A program made the position numbers and the translations under genes. 64,000 nucleotides of DNA from Eukaryota sp. TZLM1-RC (Eukaryota > Protista > Metamonada: BaSk clade): the NCBI GenBank assembly GCA_040285825.1, contig JAUPSS010000010.1, positions 1,176,881 to 1,240,880 on the forward strand, written 5' to 3'. Position 1 is the stretch's first letter, and the number at the start of each line of letters is the position of its first letter. Below are positions 25,484 to 38,600 of this stretch, piece by piece. The notes beneath the pieces are model-generated. The model saw only the letters and a list, made by a program, of their open reading frames with translations. It made no database searches and was not told the DNA's origin.

Positions 25484-26529
25484 TAAATAAAGATTAATTA
25501 TGTGTTTTTTGTCACTTGTAGAATCTTAAATCAAGATTCAACAATATTGATGGTTTAGTATCAATTAAAATGAGACTTTGTAATTACAAGGTAGAATTGT
25601 GGAGTTTGGTTTAATTTACTACTCTAGTGATGTTTCTGGTGATGGCTGGCAAAGCTTAACTGATGGTCACAGGTTGATTGCCAATTCTATTGTATGAGCT
25701 AGTAAAGGGATTTAGTTTGTAAATAAATTGGGTTTTGTGGTTAATAATTAGTTTTTTTTGAATTGTTTACAACACTTGTTAAAATATTATTAATATTTTG
25801 TTTATTTTATTTACCATACTTCAAACTGGTTCAATTTTTCAAAAGTGATCTCTATTTAATCTTTCAAAAATAAAAGTGTTTTGTGATTTCCAGATTTTGT
25901 TTCATCAAGTACATCACAAATGTTCTAAAACATTGTTGAGTATTTGCTGGTATCCACCACATAAATACAACAATAAGCAATACTGTTAAGAAATGGAAAA
26001 ATCGGAAAAATTTGACCTGCTAAATACATATCAGACATCATCGTTTAAATTCAAATCAAAATCGAAATATATCACTATGATATACAAAATAAACAATTAA
26101 GTAAATAAAATTCTTTTAATAACATTCACCTTGCTTTAATTTTTAATCCCTCAACGTAACTAATTGACCATCAATTAATTTGGTATCATTGAGAACGTTC
26201 TTTGTTTGATTTAACCATTGACCATGTCTTATGCTCTTCCACAATTAAATTCGACTTACAATACTTACTGACTTTTGAGATAGTAGAGTTGTGAACTTCT
26301 TTTGTTATTTACTTGTACATGAAATAGTCATCATGTTTTAGGAGTTGTGAAGTTCATGAAAGTACGAATTATTCAACTATTGAAACAATTGAACGATTCA
26401 TTGGACAAACGTTCAAATTTAGTGTCATCAGATGCGATGGACAGCAAAAACAGAATAAAAAAACCAACGTTGAACCACATCAGCCTAAGTCATTGCTTCC
26501 GATAAATTCGCACAAGAGAAATAAAATAA

Positions 26530-26940
26530 ATGCACTTGAATTTTGCTAAATAATTTATTAGGGAAAGAACTTAAACACGTTCAACATCCACTAATGACTT
26601 CACCAAAGGAAAGGAATCTCCACCTAAAGTGTGAAACACTCTTTCAGCAAGAGCAAGTTCCACAGCCTCAACCACTTCACCAAGACCTTTGTACAAGCTA
26701 AAGTCGATTCGATTGATCCAGAAATTTAACCTAAATGAAGGGCGTTTCTTAATGATGACAACAATTTATTCATCCAACAACAAGGTTGCCTTAGTTCCTC
26801 ATCATTTTTTTAAGAAACATAGCCCTTATTCTCACTAATTCTTCATTTTACCATAAACAACGGCTTTGACAATTATGCTTGCTTTTTAACGGATTTAAAA
26901 ACCAACTCCGCCACATTTTGCACTTAAAATGCGATTTCAT
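26530..26940 (-). mobile_element. Degenerate 3' end of another RLE retrotransposon family
   Basis: Minus-strand translation LNFWINRIDFSLYKG... parallels WKNRIIFALYR of family C and ends at a stop followed by AATAAA. Confidence 0.45.
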
Positions 26941-27306
26941 CTATCTACGACGGCTCAACTTCAACAAGTGAAGACAGAAAACTGACACGGATTATATTAA
27001 ATTTTTGAGCAATTGGTAGAGTAAATTAAGGACGCAAGCAGTGAGAAAGTGATTCCAACTGGAATTGAAACAAATGTTCCAGTCTAAAACTTGAGGTGAA
27101 AAGGAACCTGATCTAAAGCAAGATTTCTCTCTAGGCCATTTTCTAATTTAGTTAAATTGTTTTCTATTGTCAAGGCAGTTTTTCTCCATTTCCAAACCAT
27201 ACACCCGTACCCCTCATCATCTTAACGTTTTAGTGTTGTTATCTGTGGTTTTATAAGAATGGTTGATTTTGGTAAATAATAAAAAAATGATTTTTGTTAA
27301 GACAAA

Positions 27307-28713
27307 ATGGTTGATGAGAATTGGATTCTAAAACGTTTCACTTTTACACCACTCAATGAAATTGAGAAATTATTATCAAATAAAATTGAGGAAAACATCA
27401 AATCTAAAATTCGAATACCAATCAAAGAATTACCACCAATTCACATCAATAATCACTATTTAAATTTTTCTTTAACTAATCACGAGGGCTCATTGGAAAA
27501 CAACTATTCGACATTTTCAAAGGATACTGCAGAAATTCCATTTTCAACAAATGGTAAAAGTTTATATGAATATTGTATACCTGGGATAAAAATGTTGGAA
27601 AGAGTTTTTGATAAAGTGTATGGGGATGATATTAAAAAATCAGCTTATAGATACTATGAGGTATTACACGGTAGTGAAAAGTTGAGATTGGATGAATCAA
27701 CATCCGGAATTAAGTTAACAAAACAAGAATATTTATTATTAAAATATAGTAAAATATTACACCATAATCAATGGAAAAGTGGTAAGAAAAGTAAAAAGGG
27801 AAAAAGACCAACAAATGAAGTTGTTGTGCCAATTTGGTGTTCAAAATATTACCACTTTATATCAATCAAATCACCAGATGTTGTTAAAAAATCAAAGAAA
27901 AAAAGACAAAAGAAAAAGAAAAAAGTTGTAACAAACCACGATCCATCTATTAGTCTTAATATTCCAATAATTTGTGAATCTGAGGGCGTTTATGATAATA
28001 TTTTGAAAATTACATTATCATCATCAAAACAACCAAATCAACACACATTAATAACAACTAGAAAAAGTAATGATGTTATGGATTTAATAAAAATTTTTAA
28101 ATTTGTGTGTGATGAACCAAAAGTATCAACAGCATTATTTGTTGGTACTGCTAAATATGATTACAGAGATGGTTGTGGTGATATATTATATGGAAATATG
28201 TCATTTTATCGTGAAATTTCACCATTTGTTGCAACAAAGGTTATCATCCCAAATTTATCAATTATTAAAGAAATACAGGGAAAAATCTATGATAAATACA
28301 TTAGTCATTACAATTTAATACCAAAGGATGAATTTATTGATATATCTTGGAGATTTCCAGTTCATCACGATTTTTCACCAGCAATATTATCATTTTCACT
28401 CATAGCAAAGGGAATGCCTAGAATTAAGGATAATGAGAAAAAGGGTTCATCAAAATTAGTTTGGGAATATGGGGGTGATGAAATCAAATTAGAAAAGACA
28501 ACAGCAAATATTAAATTCACAATTCCAAATAATTTTATGAATTATTATTCAACGAAAAAGAATTTACTACCATCCCAAGCAATGGTTATTGATATGATGA
28601 TAAAAGATGCAAAGTGGCAAGAATTACATTTAGAGAATGAATTCTTTGCATTCGAACCACCTGAAGTAAAGATTGAACAATTGATTTATAAATTATATCA
28701 CGATGTGATTTAA
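27307..28713 (+). CDS. Hypothetical protein (468 aa), virus-like island ORF1
   Basis: Intronless, very AT-rich codons (K/I/N-rich), AAAATG start context, internal Lys-rich NLS-like tracts. Confidence 0.75.
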   Translation: MVDENWILKRFTFTPLNEIEKLLSNKIEENIKSKIRIPIKELPPIHINNHYLNFSLTNHEGSLENNYSTFSKDTAEIPFSTNGKSLYEYCIPGIKMLERVFDKVYGDDIKKSAYRYYEVLHGSEKLRLDESTSGIKLTKQEYLLLKYSKILHHNQWKSGKKSKKGKRPTNEVVVPIWCSKYYHFISIKSPDVVKKSKKKRQKKKKKVVTNHDPSISLNIPIICESEGVYDNILKITLSSSKQPNQHTLITTRKSNDVMDLIKIFKFVCDEPKVSTALFVGTAKYDYRDGCGDILYGNMSFYREISPFVATKVIIPNLSIIKEIQGKIYDKYISHYNLIPKDEFIDISWRFPVHHDFSPAILSFSLIAKGMPRIKDNEKKGSSKLVWEYGGDEIKLEKTTANIKFTIPNNFMNYYSTKKNLLPSQAMVIDMMIKDAKWQELHLENEFFAFEPPEVKIEQLIYKLYHDVI

Positions 28714-28737
28714 TAAAGAATATTTTTTTTTCAATAA

Positions 28738-29079
28738 ATGAGATTATGGATATTTGCTTTTGCGATTTTTTTAATATCAATGATTGGTTTATTGAATGAT
28801 CCAGAATATTATTATTTATTTTGGTGGTTGGGTCATTTTGCAATGTGGTTGGTTATTGGTTTTGTTAATGATGGTTTACTTTGTAATATTGGAATAAAGA
28901 TTATCTGGGAAATTTTTGAATGGAGGATGTCTTTAATAACCCCATATTATCACGAGACAATGAAAAAGAAAGTTGGTGATATGATTGTAAATGTTTTGGG
29001 ATTATTATCTGGACAATATCTCAGAAAAATGATTGTTGAAACGAAATTGAAAAAATTTTTAGTTAACAAAAATGTTTAA
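28738..29079 (+). CDS. Small membrane protein with VanZ/DUF2238-like H...WE..E...D...N..G pattern, island ORF2
   Basis: Hydrophobic helices; GHFAMW, IIWEIFEW, GDMIVNVLG. Confidence 0.65.
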   Translation: MRLWIFAFAIFLISMIGLLNDPEYYYLFWWLGHFAMWLVIGFVNDGLLCNIGIKIIWEIFEWRMSLITPYYHETMKKKVGDMIVNVLGLLSGQYLRKMIVETKLKKFLVNKNV

Positions 29080-29614
29080 CTCTTCTGTTATTCCTGGACA
29101 CACACGTGCCTTTGTTGTTCGCCGCATTGCCAAACCTAGTGCTTCTAGACTTGGTATTAAAAAACCATCTCTACCAATCACAAAACCTGGCACTTTTAAA
29201 CAAGTCAATATTCGTCGCCGTGCACCACATTCCCGTTCCACTGGCCAACACCATTCAAAATTTTATAATGGTCCTCGCATCACAACTGGTTGTGCCCACA
29301 ATCTACCAAAAAATCAGCTATTTATATTCAATTCCCGAAGAACTGATTTCTTAATCAAAGAATGGATATCTACACAGAAGAAAAAAGGACACAGGGGATC
29401 ACCTTGTTTAAACCCAGAAGACGATTTATTGACGGAATATTTGAAAATAAAATCAGAATGTGATTTAAACAACGCTTTAAAAACAGAAATTCATGTGGTT
29501 AAATCATATTCAGTAAGACCATCCATTATTGAGCTTCTAAATACTGAGTTGAAAGCATTTGAAAAATTCAATTGTCAAACAAAAATCGTCACGATAGATG
29601 CTACAAGGGTTTGA
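29072..29614 (+). CDS. Basic hypothetical protein (180 aa), island ORF3
   Basis: Overlaps ORF2 by 8 nt; AAAATG context; Arg/Lys-rich N-terminus. The 3' end abuts a retroelement fragment. Confidence 0.6.
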   Translation: MFNSSVIPGHTRAFVVRRIAKPSASRLGIKKPSLPITKPGTFKQVNIRRRAPHSRSTGQHHSKFYNGPRITTGCAHNLPKNQLFIFNSRRTDFLIKEWISTQKKKGHRGSPCLNPEDDLLTEYLKIKSECDLNNALKTEIHVVKSYSVRPSIIELLNTELKAFEKFNCQTKIVTIDATRV

Positions 29615-30050
29615 ACAGTACGAATACAAACTAAAGCACCTTCTCAAACACCAATTCCCTATTGAAAAGGATTTACAGTCTTGACACAAATTTCTTCTTT
29701 TATTTTCATAAAAATGACACTAAAAAATAATCGAAAGAAAACTTCATTTGATGCAGTAGGGCTTATTTTACCACTTGGTTTCAAAAAGGCTATCAATCGA
29801 CACAAAGGTGTGTGTCCGGGAAGATTCAATTTTCCCGGTGACACCCTATTACAAATTTCAACCAAGGTTTCTGTTATGATGCATTCGAACTCAGCGCAGA
29901 TTTGAGATGATTGAAAATTAATCGACTTCAAAATCTTGAAATTTGTCATCAAAGCAATCATATAAATCAACAAATTAATCAGATTCCCTAACCAAAAGAT
30001 TTTTGTGGTTAGACAATGGTAGTGAATGCATTCCAAAGTTCCTTAATATC
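29615..30050 (-). mobile_element. Reverse-transcriptase N-terminal fragment of a CRE/R2-like non-LTR retrotransposon
   Basis: CRLIAFLKPSGKISPTASNEVFFRL...NPFQ*GIGV*EGA matches the RLIxLxKxxGxxRPIAVxExFxRL...Q.G.G...G pattern; contains stops. Confidence 0.75.
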
Positions 30051-31119
30051 CCATTCACTTTTGAGTAGACTTTGTAGAAATTTGTTAATTGTTGAAAGTA
30101 TATGTGTATAAATGATACAAATGAAAAAAATGGTTTTGAACCAAAATTTTGCCTAAGACCTGTCGTCTAAAATTTCAAATTAAAAAACAATCAAATTTCG
30201 TGCAATGGACAAACCTGAAAAATGTGATAATAATTTTGAAGAAGTCTCGCTCTTCCTATAAATGTGGAAGGCTTTTACAAAGTCGTCCGGGGAAAATAAT
30301 GAAGAACTTTGATGTCTTTATAACGTTCTCGAATCCAAATCGCAATAATCAATAGATTAACATCATTTAAAAATCGCAGAGAAAAGCTGTTTTCATGAAG
30401 CAAACAGATCAAGATGAGTTTATTGACTTTGGTCCCATTCGGAATGGCTCAAGACTATTCAGTTTGAAAATTCAACAATAATTTGTAGGATGTAAATTAT
30501 TTTTCCATTTATTGTCTAGCCTTCAATAACAAATTACTCACCTGATTAACGACGATATCATTTAAAGTACTAGTATTAGTGATTAACTAATTAGTTATGG
30601 ATTAATCAGAAGTAACGGTGCTAAGACACCAAAATTTTGCATGAAGTTGACTACTCATAAAAAGTGGACAATAACAATCAGAAAGCTTAAAATTGCGTGC
30701 CACGTTTCGACTGATTATGCAGAAATTGCCCTATCACAACACCAATTGATTACCACATCCTTTTGCACATGAACAAACTGTTAGAATGGGTCTCAACTCT
30801 CCATATAATCTATATTAGTATTAATTTAATGATCGTCAACCATTGATATTACAGAGAGATAAGTCGGCAAAATTGTTTCTAAATTTCTAAAATAGAAATT
30901 ATAAATCGTGTAAATGCATTGTTCTTCGCAGTTGATGCTCTCTTAAGAACGTAAGGGAGTGGTCGTTTTTGTGAGACGAAATCTGATAGCCAACAGATTT
31001 GGTTGTGTCAACAGTGATTCAAATTCAGATAGAGAGAACACGAACTAGTTCATGAGCAACAGTAGTAGAGTAGTAGTAATGACCTGGAACAGTGTGCAGA
31101 TTGATTTTTTTGTTGATTT

Positions 31120-31575
31120 ATGCCACTATTCAATTGTTGCTTTCCGTCCCATCAACGCTCCTCTCAAGATCCTGTTCAAGTAGTTGAGCTCCGTAAAGTT
31201 CTCTCTCGGCTTGGAGAACAGTTCCCACACTCACTACTATCTATCTTCCATCATGATACCTTTCTTTGTCAGTTTGATCCTGGAGAATGCCCTTCTATCG
31301 ACGAAGATTCTGTTGCTCTTATGACTTCTTCTGCAAACCAGCTGGTTACTGCCTTTTGTCAGTCTGGACAGCCCCATTTGCACGTGTCCTCTGATTCAAT
31401 CACCCTTTCTCTTCTTCCCCTGTGTCTGGACTATTATCTTGTATTATACCAGAAAGGTTCATTTTTAGAGTCATTCACTATTGATGGTCCAGAGATTGAA
31501 GCTAGGTCGCTCCCATTTATAAAGGAACTGATAACTATACTGGAGAATAAGGACAATGATCATAATTCGAGTTGA
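31120..31575 (+). CDS. Hypothetical protein (151 aa), possible roadblock/longin-like fold with N-terminal CC
   Basis: Clean ORF with host-like composition; the fold is a guess from the pattern. Confidence 0.6.
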   Translation: MPLFNCCFPSHQRSSQDPVQVVELRKVLSRLGEQFPHSLLSIFHHDTFLCQFDPGECPSIDEDSVALMTSSANQLVTAFCQSGQPHLHVSSDSITLSLLPLCLDYYLVLYQKGSFLESFTIDGPEIEARSLPFIKELITILENKDNDHNSS

Positions 31576-31748
31576 TAATTTTTTAATTAAATTGTCATTT
31601 ATTTATTTGAATTATTTATTTATTTATTATATATTCACTAGTAATGCTGGTTTTGTTTTCTAAGATTAAATATTACATTATTTCCAAAACTAAAACTAAT
31701 TCTCAGTTATTGTGTACAACTGATCTAATTTGTATCATATAGTATAAA

Positions 31749-32429
31749 TCATGTAAATTGAGATTTCTTTGGCGACAACTGCTTCATCCACAGACACAAA
31801 TCCAATGGGCTCGCCTGTCCTCCCATGTCAAACTCTGGTAAAAGCATCTTAATATTACCTTCATTTGGGTCCACCAAGGGTTGTTTGGATGATATATTGG
31901 GAGAGGGAAGACACTGTCGGTAAAGCTCTCTGAATTGTTGTTCATAACGCGATATAGGTTTAATGTTCTTCCATGCAGCAACCCTTTCTTGGATAAAGGA
32001 TTCACTAAACTTGGGATCGTTCTTTATAGCTTCAAGGACAAGTTCGTTGTGTTTACGTTTGAAGGATTTTGCTATTATGAACAGAAACAGTAGCTTTTCC
32101 ACAATTAAGGAGGTAGAGCAAGGGTATGTGAGGATTTGGTTGACAGAAACGATTTCCCTGTAATTAAAGTCAGCAACAAGAAGCGTTATAGATGTATCAA
32201 CAACTTCTCTCTCTGAATTTGATGCTGTTACTGAGTAGCCATTGTCGCGTAGAAATCGGCTGACTAAACCGGAAAAACTACAAAACATGTGTTGAAGAGC
32301 TTTGTGGAAGACGGATGGACATCCTTTAGCTAAAGAGAGTTTATCTTCGTCTGAAAGGTGAAGTGATACTATGGACAACTCATCGTATAGCATGTCAAGT
32401 ATCCCTTGTAAAGCAGGATCGTATGACAT
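31749..32429 (-). CDS. Hypothetical protein
   Basis: Clean ORF, first ATG 32429 (MSYDPALQ); no recognisable family. Confidence 0.6.
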   Translation of the reverse strand: MSYDPALQGILDMLYDELSIVSLHLSDEDKLSLAKGCPSVFHKALQHMFCSFSGLVSRFLRDNGYSVTASNSEREVVDTSITLLVADFNYREIVSVNQILTYPCSTSLIVEKLLFLFIIAKSFKRKHNELVLEAIKNDPKFSESFIQERVAAWKNIKPISRYEQQFRELYRQCLPSPNISSKQPLVDPNEGNIKMLLPEFDMGGQASPLDLCLWMKQLSPKKSQFT

Positions 32430-33692
32430 CTTGAATGAGGGACTGTTTCTAATTTGGAGCAAGATTTAAATTATAGATTTTATGAACAATTTGAAATGAC
32501 GTTATGACGCCTTACAATCATTCTTTGGATATACAAATACAGTACATTTTGGATTTTTTTAACATTTATTTGAATCTCAATTTGTATTCAACTACTGAAT
32601 TCTTAATTTGTTTGTCAATGATTAAAATTTAAACAGTTTTGTTTCTAACGACGCTGTTATGATGTGGAAGCTACAAAAACATTGTGAAAAACGATCTGTT
32701 GTTGGTACAAAATTGTTGGAAGGCAACAGTTTAATTGATTCTGATTGAGTTATTGTGGATTTGGACTTAAAATCAGATGTAGAAGACACAACAGAAGAAT
32801 CTACTCATGCCATGTGTTTCACCAGGAAAAAAGCTGGAAAAAACGAAGAACCAGTAGTAAAAAATGGTCAGAAGAGAACACACTTGTTGGAACAATCTTT
32901 GCAAGTGAAATAGCAAGGGATTAGAAAGATTACATCATAGAAGTGGTGATTAATACCCTCAATTAAACCAAGTTCGAATAAACATCCTCCATAAACAACA
33001 TTTTCTTCTAATGTTGCTCTCAGATTACCAAAAGGAAGGCCAAGAATAGGAGACTAATAACAATCAGGATAAAGTGGAGTTCATTGTGACAATTACTTTG
33101 AAATCTCAGTATTGAATTCACTTCTTTTTGTTTTATAAATAGTAACTATTACATGTTTAAACTCAAGAAATCAGCGAGTGAACATTATTTCAACAGGTTT
33201 TATGTTCACCATTTAAATGAATATTGCTTGAAAAATGTGAACATGTTGGAAAATCCTTGACACGTGTTAACAGCGATGGATGAATGGAAACAAATCAGTT
33301 CTGCACATCAAAAACTTACAGAAAATGGTGGTTATCGAAAGATGTTTAAAAAACATAACTTCTGTCAATGACTACTAGACAAATATTAAACAATATTGTC
33401 TCAACAAAATTTCAAGTAGGAGACAATGAAAGTTACTGAAAGTCAACATTGTTTCAAAACATCTGAGACTATCTTCTAGACCCTTTTGATTCATTTATTG
33501 AAACAGATTTTTTATTTTATTACCAGAAAAGAAGAAGTGAACATCCAACAGATTGACAGGTCGGACGATCCAGTTGGGTGAATCTAACAAAGGAAAAATG
33601 GACAGTGTTTTGAAAGATCAATTTGATTCATTTCACCTCTATATTCCACTACAACGGGTTACTACTATTTGACATTAGTCTGCTATCAGCCG

Positions 33693-35198
33693 ATGCAAGA
33701 ACCGTTTTTCTACTTTCATAATTACACCCCTGTTGTGAGAGATAAACCCAAATCTCCATCACATACAAAAACTACTGACAGTTCTTCTCTTGATGAAATA
33801 CCGTCATTTAAATCAGACCGCTCACCTCCTCGATCACCCCCCAAATCACCTACTCGATTTTCAACATCCAGTGCAGCAGTAGGAACACCATGTCAAACTC
33901 AACGTCCCTCTCTCAAATCTCGCAACATGGTATTTGATATAACAAAGAAGCCCATCTCTCGTCCCCCATCTGCTAAAAGTAACACCCAACTCTTTTCTAT
34001 TCCTCGTCCTTCCTCTGCTGCTCACAAAGGTCTCCTCTCGACCCCTGTTTGTCGCCGTACATCACCTCCATCCAACCAAGTAAATATCCCCAGTCCTTCA
34101 CGTCCTGTCTCCCGTCCAGAATCCTCCTTCAACCTCAACATCTCTCTTCCTTCTAACGATTTTTTTTCCGGGCCCACTCTTTGTCCTTCTCCTCGTCCTG
34201 AAAGTACTTCCTCTGTGGGCCTCTATGCAAAGTTCACTTCACCAAAGCTTCCTCAACCACACCCTGAACCTCAACCCAGACCTCCAAAACCCACTTCACT
34301 AACCAAACCAACTGCCACGTGTCATGATGTGATCAATGATGTGGCGTCTGACGATTCTGATGATGATGAATTTGAAGAGAGGTTGGCCGCAACTAGAATG
34401 AAAATGTTGAAGGAACAGGAGTTAATGATGTCCAAATCTGCTGATCAGGGAAAGCAAGAAAGGGAAGTTGAACAAGAACAAGAATGTGGTGGTGTCCAGG
34501 AGGAATATGAAGAGAAGGAAGAAGAGGCTAAAGTAGAAGAAGTAAAGGAGCAAAGTGAGGTGGTAACAGAAGAAACAAAAGCAGTTGTTATACATCAAGA
34601 CAGCGAAATAGAAGACTCACAAGAAAAAGAAGAGAAGCAACCTCAAGTAATCAAGCAACTATTCGTTTCTAATGAGGAAAAGGACCTTATTACAGCTGAT
34701 TCGGGTAAATTAGACAATGTTGATCCTACCATTAATGATTGTGAAACCGATTCACCTTTTAAAGACAATAAATCAGAAGAATTTAATATTAATAACGACT
34801 CCACTAATGAAAAACCCCACCCTCCATCAAGAACCCAATCCCCCGTTCTTTCTGATAATGAAGTGCCTTCAGTCTGTACCACCCCAACCCTAGAGAGCAG
34901 TTGTTTACTCTCTTATGTTTTATCACCAGGAAGAGGTTCTCGATGTCCGCCACCAGTGTTCAATAAGCAAAGTAAGAGTAAGTCTGCTGAACCTGAAGAG
35001 CAAAGTGATTGGGTAAAGTCGGTTTTGTCTAGAGTGGATTTATCACAAAGTAGACCCCAATCTCGTGAGGAAAGGGTAAAGTTGAATAACAAACCAAGTC
35101 TTTCTCCTCCCTCAAGTCCTGTCAGTAAGTTACTTCAAAGTAGGCATTTGGTTCGAAACTTACCAAGACAAGATGATCAGCCATCAGTTTATTATTGA
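33693..35198 (+). CDS. Ser/Pro- and Glu-rich disordered protein
   Basis: Long ORF with RP.S repeats and an acidic middle region; first ATG 33693. Confidence 0.7.
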   Translation: MQEPFFYFHNYTPVVRDKPKSPSHTKTTDSSSLDEIPSFKSDRSPPRSPPKSPTRFSTSSAAVGTPCQTQRPSLKSRNMVFDITKKPISRPPSAKSNTQLFSIPRPSSAAHKGLLSTPVCRRTSPPSNQVNIPSPSRPVSRPESSFNLNISLPSNDFFSGPTLCPSPRPESTSSVGLYAKFTSPKLPQPHPEPQPRPPKPTSLTKPTATCHDVINDVASDDSDDDEFEERLAATRMKMLKEQELMMSKSADQGKQEREVEQEQECGGVQEEYEEKEEEAKVEEVKEQSEVVTEETKAVVIHQDSEIEDSQEKEEKQPQVIKQLFVSNEEKDLITADSGKLDNVDPTINDCETDSPFKDNKSEEFNINNDSTNEKPHPPSRTQSPVLSDNEVPSVCTTPTLESSCLLSYVLSPGRGSRCPPPVFNKQSKSKSAEPEEQSDWVKSVLSRVDLSQSRPQSREERVKLNNKPSLSPPSSPVSKLLQSRHLVRNLPRQDDQPSVYY

Positions 35199-35605
35199 TG
35201 AATGATATTGGTATTTAATTAGTTTTTTCGAGTATTTTGTATTTTTAATTCTTACACGATTCCAAATTTAATTTTATAAAATCTTTGTATTTTCTTCTTT
35301 TTTGTTGGTTCACTGCTTACAGATTTATTCTTTTATTCAATCCAGCAGGCAAATCGTAAGATAATCTACAATAATTAAGTTACCAAAAGTGGCAAAAGAT
35401 GATGTAATTCAATCAAGCATAATATGGTTGAGAAAATAAGCAAGAAGAACATAGGTTCAAAATTGTGCGTCTACTTCCAATGAAACACAGAGACACAATG
35501 CAACAACAGCGCACACAAATGAATCAGATTGCCATGGGGTATCACATTCGAAAAGAGAGGACATTCCATTTTGCCTTCACCGGATTCATCCTTTCATTCT
35601 CAACT

Positions 35606-38600
35606 ATGCAAAGTGGCAGCGAGCACTCCGAGTCTTCTGATTCTAGTGAAGATGACGCACTGTCTGGATCTGATGAAGAGTTTCAACCTTCTCAAAATCC
35701 TTCACATGCACCAAAGTCTTCGAAGAAGCAAAAACCCCAACCAAACAAAGTCGTTTCGGAGGACATGTCTTCTATATTCTCCCCCACTTGCTGCTCATTC
35801 CGACAAACAATCACCAAGAAGAAGCTACCCAACTCATACATTCGGTCCCTGATCGATCTCACCTCTTCCAATCAAGAACAAGCCGCCCTTGAAATCCTCT
35901 CAAATATCCTGCAGTGCTGCTTTCTTCCCACCAACATTTCCCTCAATGCTGAACTTCTTGCAACTTTATTCACCTCAGATGACCCTACTGTGTTTTGGGA
36001 AGGTAAACTCAGTAGCTTTGACCCTGATGATTATCCTGAACTCAAGCTGCCAAACTCAAAAGCAACAGAACGTTTAAAATTGCGATTCTTAGACCATTTA
36101 AGAAGTTTAATCCTCAAATCCCCCGCTGAATTATTTAATTCCTTTTACCCTAGAATTATTCAATCGTTTATACCTTTAACAGGGTGCAAGAACCAATGTT
36201 TTCATATAAGGTTGTTTTCAACTGCGGCAAGTTTATTTATTTATGAAGGAATTTGCGAATATAGAGCACGTTTCAAACCCTCATCGACAGAAACTGAGAC
36301 AATCAATCATCTTGATTCACTAATCACTTTAATCTTCGAATCCGTATTCTCTCATCGCTACAAAGATTCCAAACCAGAAATTAGATCAATCTGCCAAGAA
36401 TCTCTGGGAAGATCGATATTGGTCCATCCCCAAGAACTATTACGACCTCAATTCACCAAATTTTTTGGATGGATGTTGAACGACAATGCAGCTATGGTCC
36501 GTAGTAGTGCCTTGTCAAGCTTAATCAACATTTATATATCTCCTCACTATGAATTAATGGAAATGTTTACTGGGAGGTTTTCAGAAAGAATAGTTGAAAT
36601 GGCGCAAATGGATATAGAACCTGATGTCCGTCTTCGTGCTCTGGAACTGGTAAGGGCAGCTGTAACGAAATCACGTGATATTTTTGACCCTAATCACGTC
36701 ATCAAAATTTGTGAAATGGTTAATGATGAAGATGTTAACATCAGATCAACTGCCGGTGATGTTTTTTCAATTTTTTATGAAATTTCTGAAGAATTTCATT
36801 CACAATTTGATCTCAAATTACTACCAATCCTAACCAAGTTTACTAAGTTAAATATTGAATCCGAATCAGTTGCCGTTTCTACCTCTTTCCTTGTCGATAG
36901 TCTTTGGGATTCTTGCGAAATGGTCAAAGATGTAGAGACTATGATTGACCAGCTGTTGACTAATCAAGACCTATCAGAAGCTGATCAACTGCTAATCTCA
37001 TCACTTCTTCTCTCCTCGTTTCGTCGTCATTTCAGGTACTGTTGCTCTTTTGATCCCCATGCCCCACTTTTGGATAACGGCAAGCTATTCTTTAAACCAG
37101 CCAAGGTCCCAAACTATGGAGGAAGAGGTGTGGGAAGGGAGGAGGAGAAGGAAAAGGAAACTGTAAGAGATGTTTTGATTGGAGATTTGATTGATTTATT
37201 AACCAAATTCAGAGGAAGAAGTCCTTTTATTTATTTAATTTATTTAGTTTTATTTGTCGAAAAGGCTGATTTTGTTACTCCAGACGCTTGGAATTCAGCA
37301 ATTGACTGCATATTAAGAAGTTTTTCTGACACAAATCTTTATTCATTGGTGAAGGCAAGTGTTTTTGTTCTTTACCAAAGTAATGAATTAAATGGAAGTA
37401 CATTATCGCTAATTTTTGATTCTATTTTTAGTTACAGCTCCAATAATTCACTTGCCTATAAAAAGTTGAAAGAGGTTTTTATCTGCCTTGACCCAGAAAC
37501 TTTTAATCACGATTACATTGCCACAATTGTCGACAAGCTACCCCTTTGTGAGTCTATTGATGAGTTTGCTGATCTTTTTTCGTCTATTGTCTTTGGCTTT
37601 ATGCTGTTGGTTAACAAGAAGAATGCAAATGAAGCTCTTAAACCTGAAACTATGGAGCTCATTATTAATCATTTGCTTGAAAAATTAGATTCTTGTCACG
37701 AAGATGTTTTTGACTCTGCCAAATTATTTAAAATTCTTATAGGAACAGTATTGGCTTTTTTTGATTTAGAAATCATAAGTCAAGATTTAATCTTAAAAGT
37801 TTGCAATTTGTTCATCAAAACTCTTGGTGATTGGCTAATCAATTCGTCGTTGCCACATCAGTCAGATTTTGATTGGTTGTTAAAACATTTTGGAAATTTA
37901 ATTTTCAAGTCAAGCTTGGGCAGTTTAAATAATAATACTGATTTTCAACAAATTATTTTCAGGTTTCTTTCATTCTGGATGTTCAAAAATGAGACCAATT
38001 CACTCATTAAATCTTTCTACTCCACCTATCTTCAAAACTGTAACGTCACAGAACGTGCTAATGGTGAACTATTTGCCTTGGTGTCAGGTCAAGAATTCAT
38101 TAATACTAACCACCAATCCCCTTACTTACTGTCTCAATTAGGGCTCTGTTTTGTCAGAACCCACTCGATTGCTAAAGAAGATAAAATCGCTTTTAATGTT
38201 GTTCAAGGATTTGCAGGCAGATTTGCTGAAGGCATTTCTTCAATTGGGAACTATGAAGAGTTTTTAGAATATTTAAGGCAACAAATAGGCATATTTATTG
38301 CCCTATCAAAGCATTATTTAAGAAAACTTTCAAAAAAAGATGGTGGTATTCTGTTGACAAAGTTTAATGAATTTCTTTTATTTGCAGAAAATAATTTTCC
38401 TAATGAACCCATACCATTATTATCAGCCGAATTAGAAGAATCAAATCCTTGGTTTTATTTAATCAACTTTATAAATGAAATCAGTTCAATAAGCAGCGGA
38501 AATAAGAGAAATTCTAGCCTATCAAAGTTAGTTCCTCCAAAAACTAAAAAACCAAGAAAACAAAAAGAAAAGAAAAACAAAAGAAAAAGAAGAACAGGAG

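Noticed and set aside
27058-27083. Hairpin containing ATTGAAAC, resembling a CRISPR repeat end
   Set aside because: Single occurrence; no array or cas genes.
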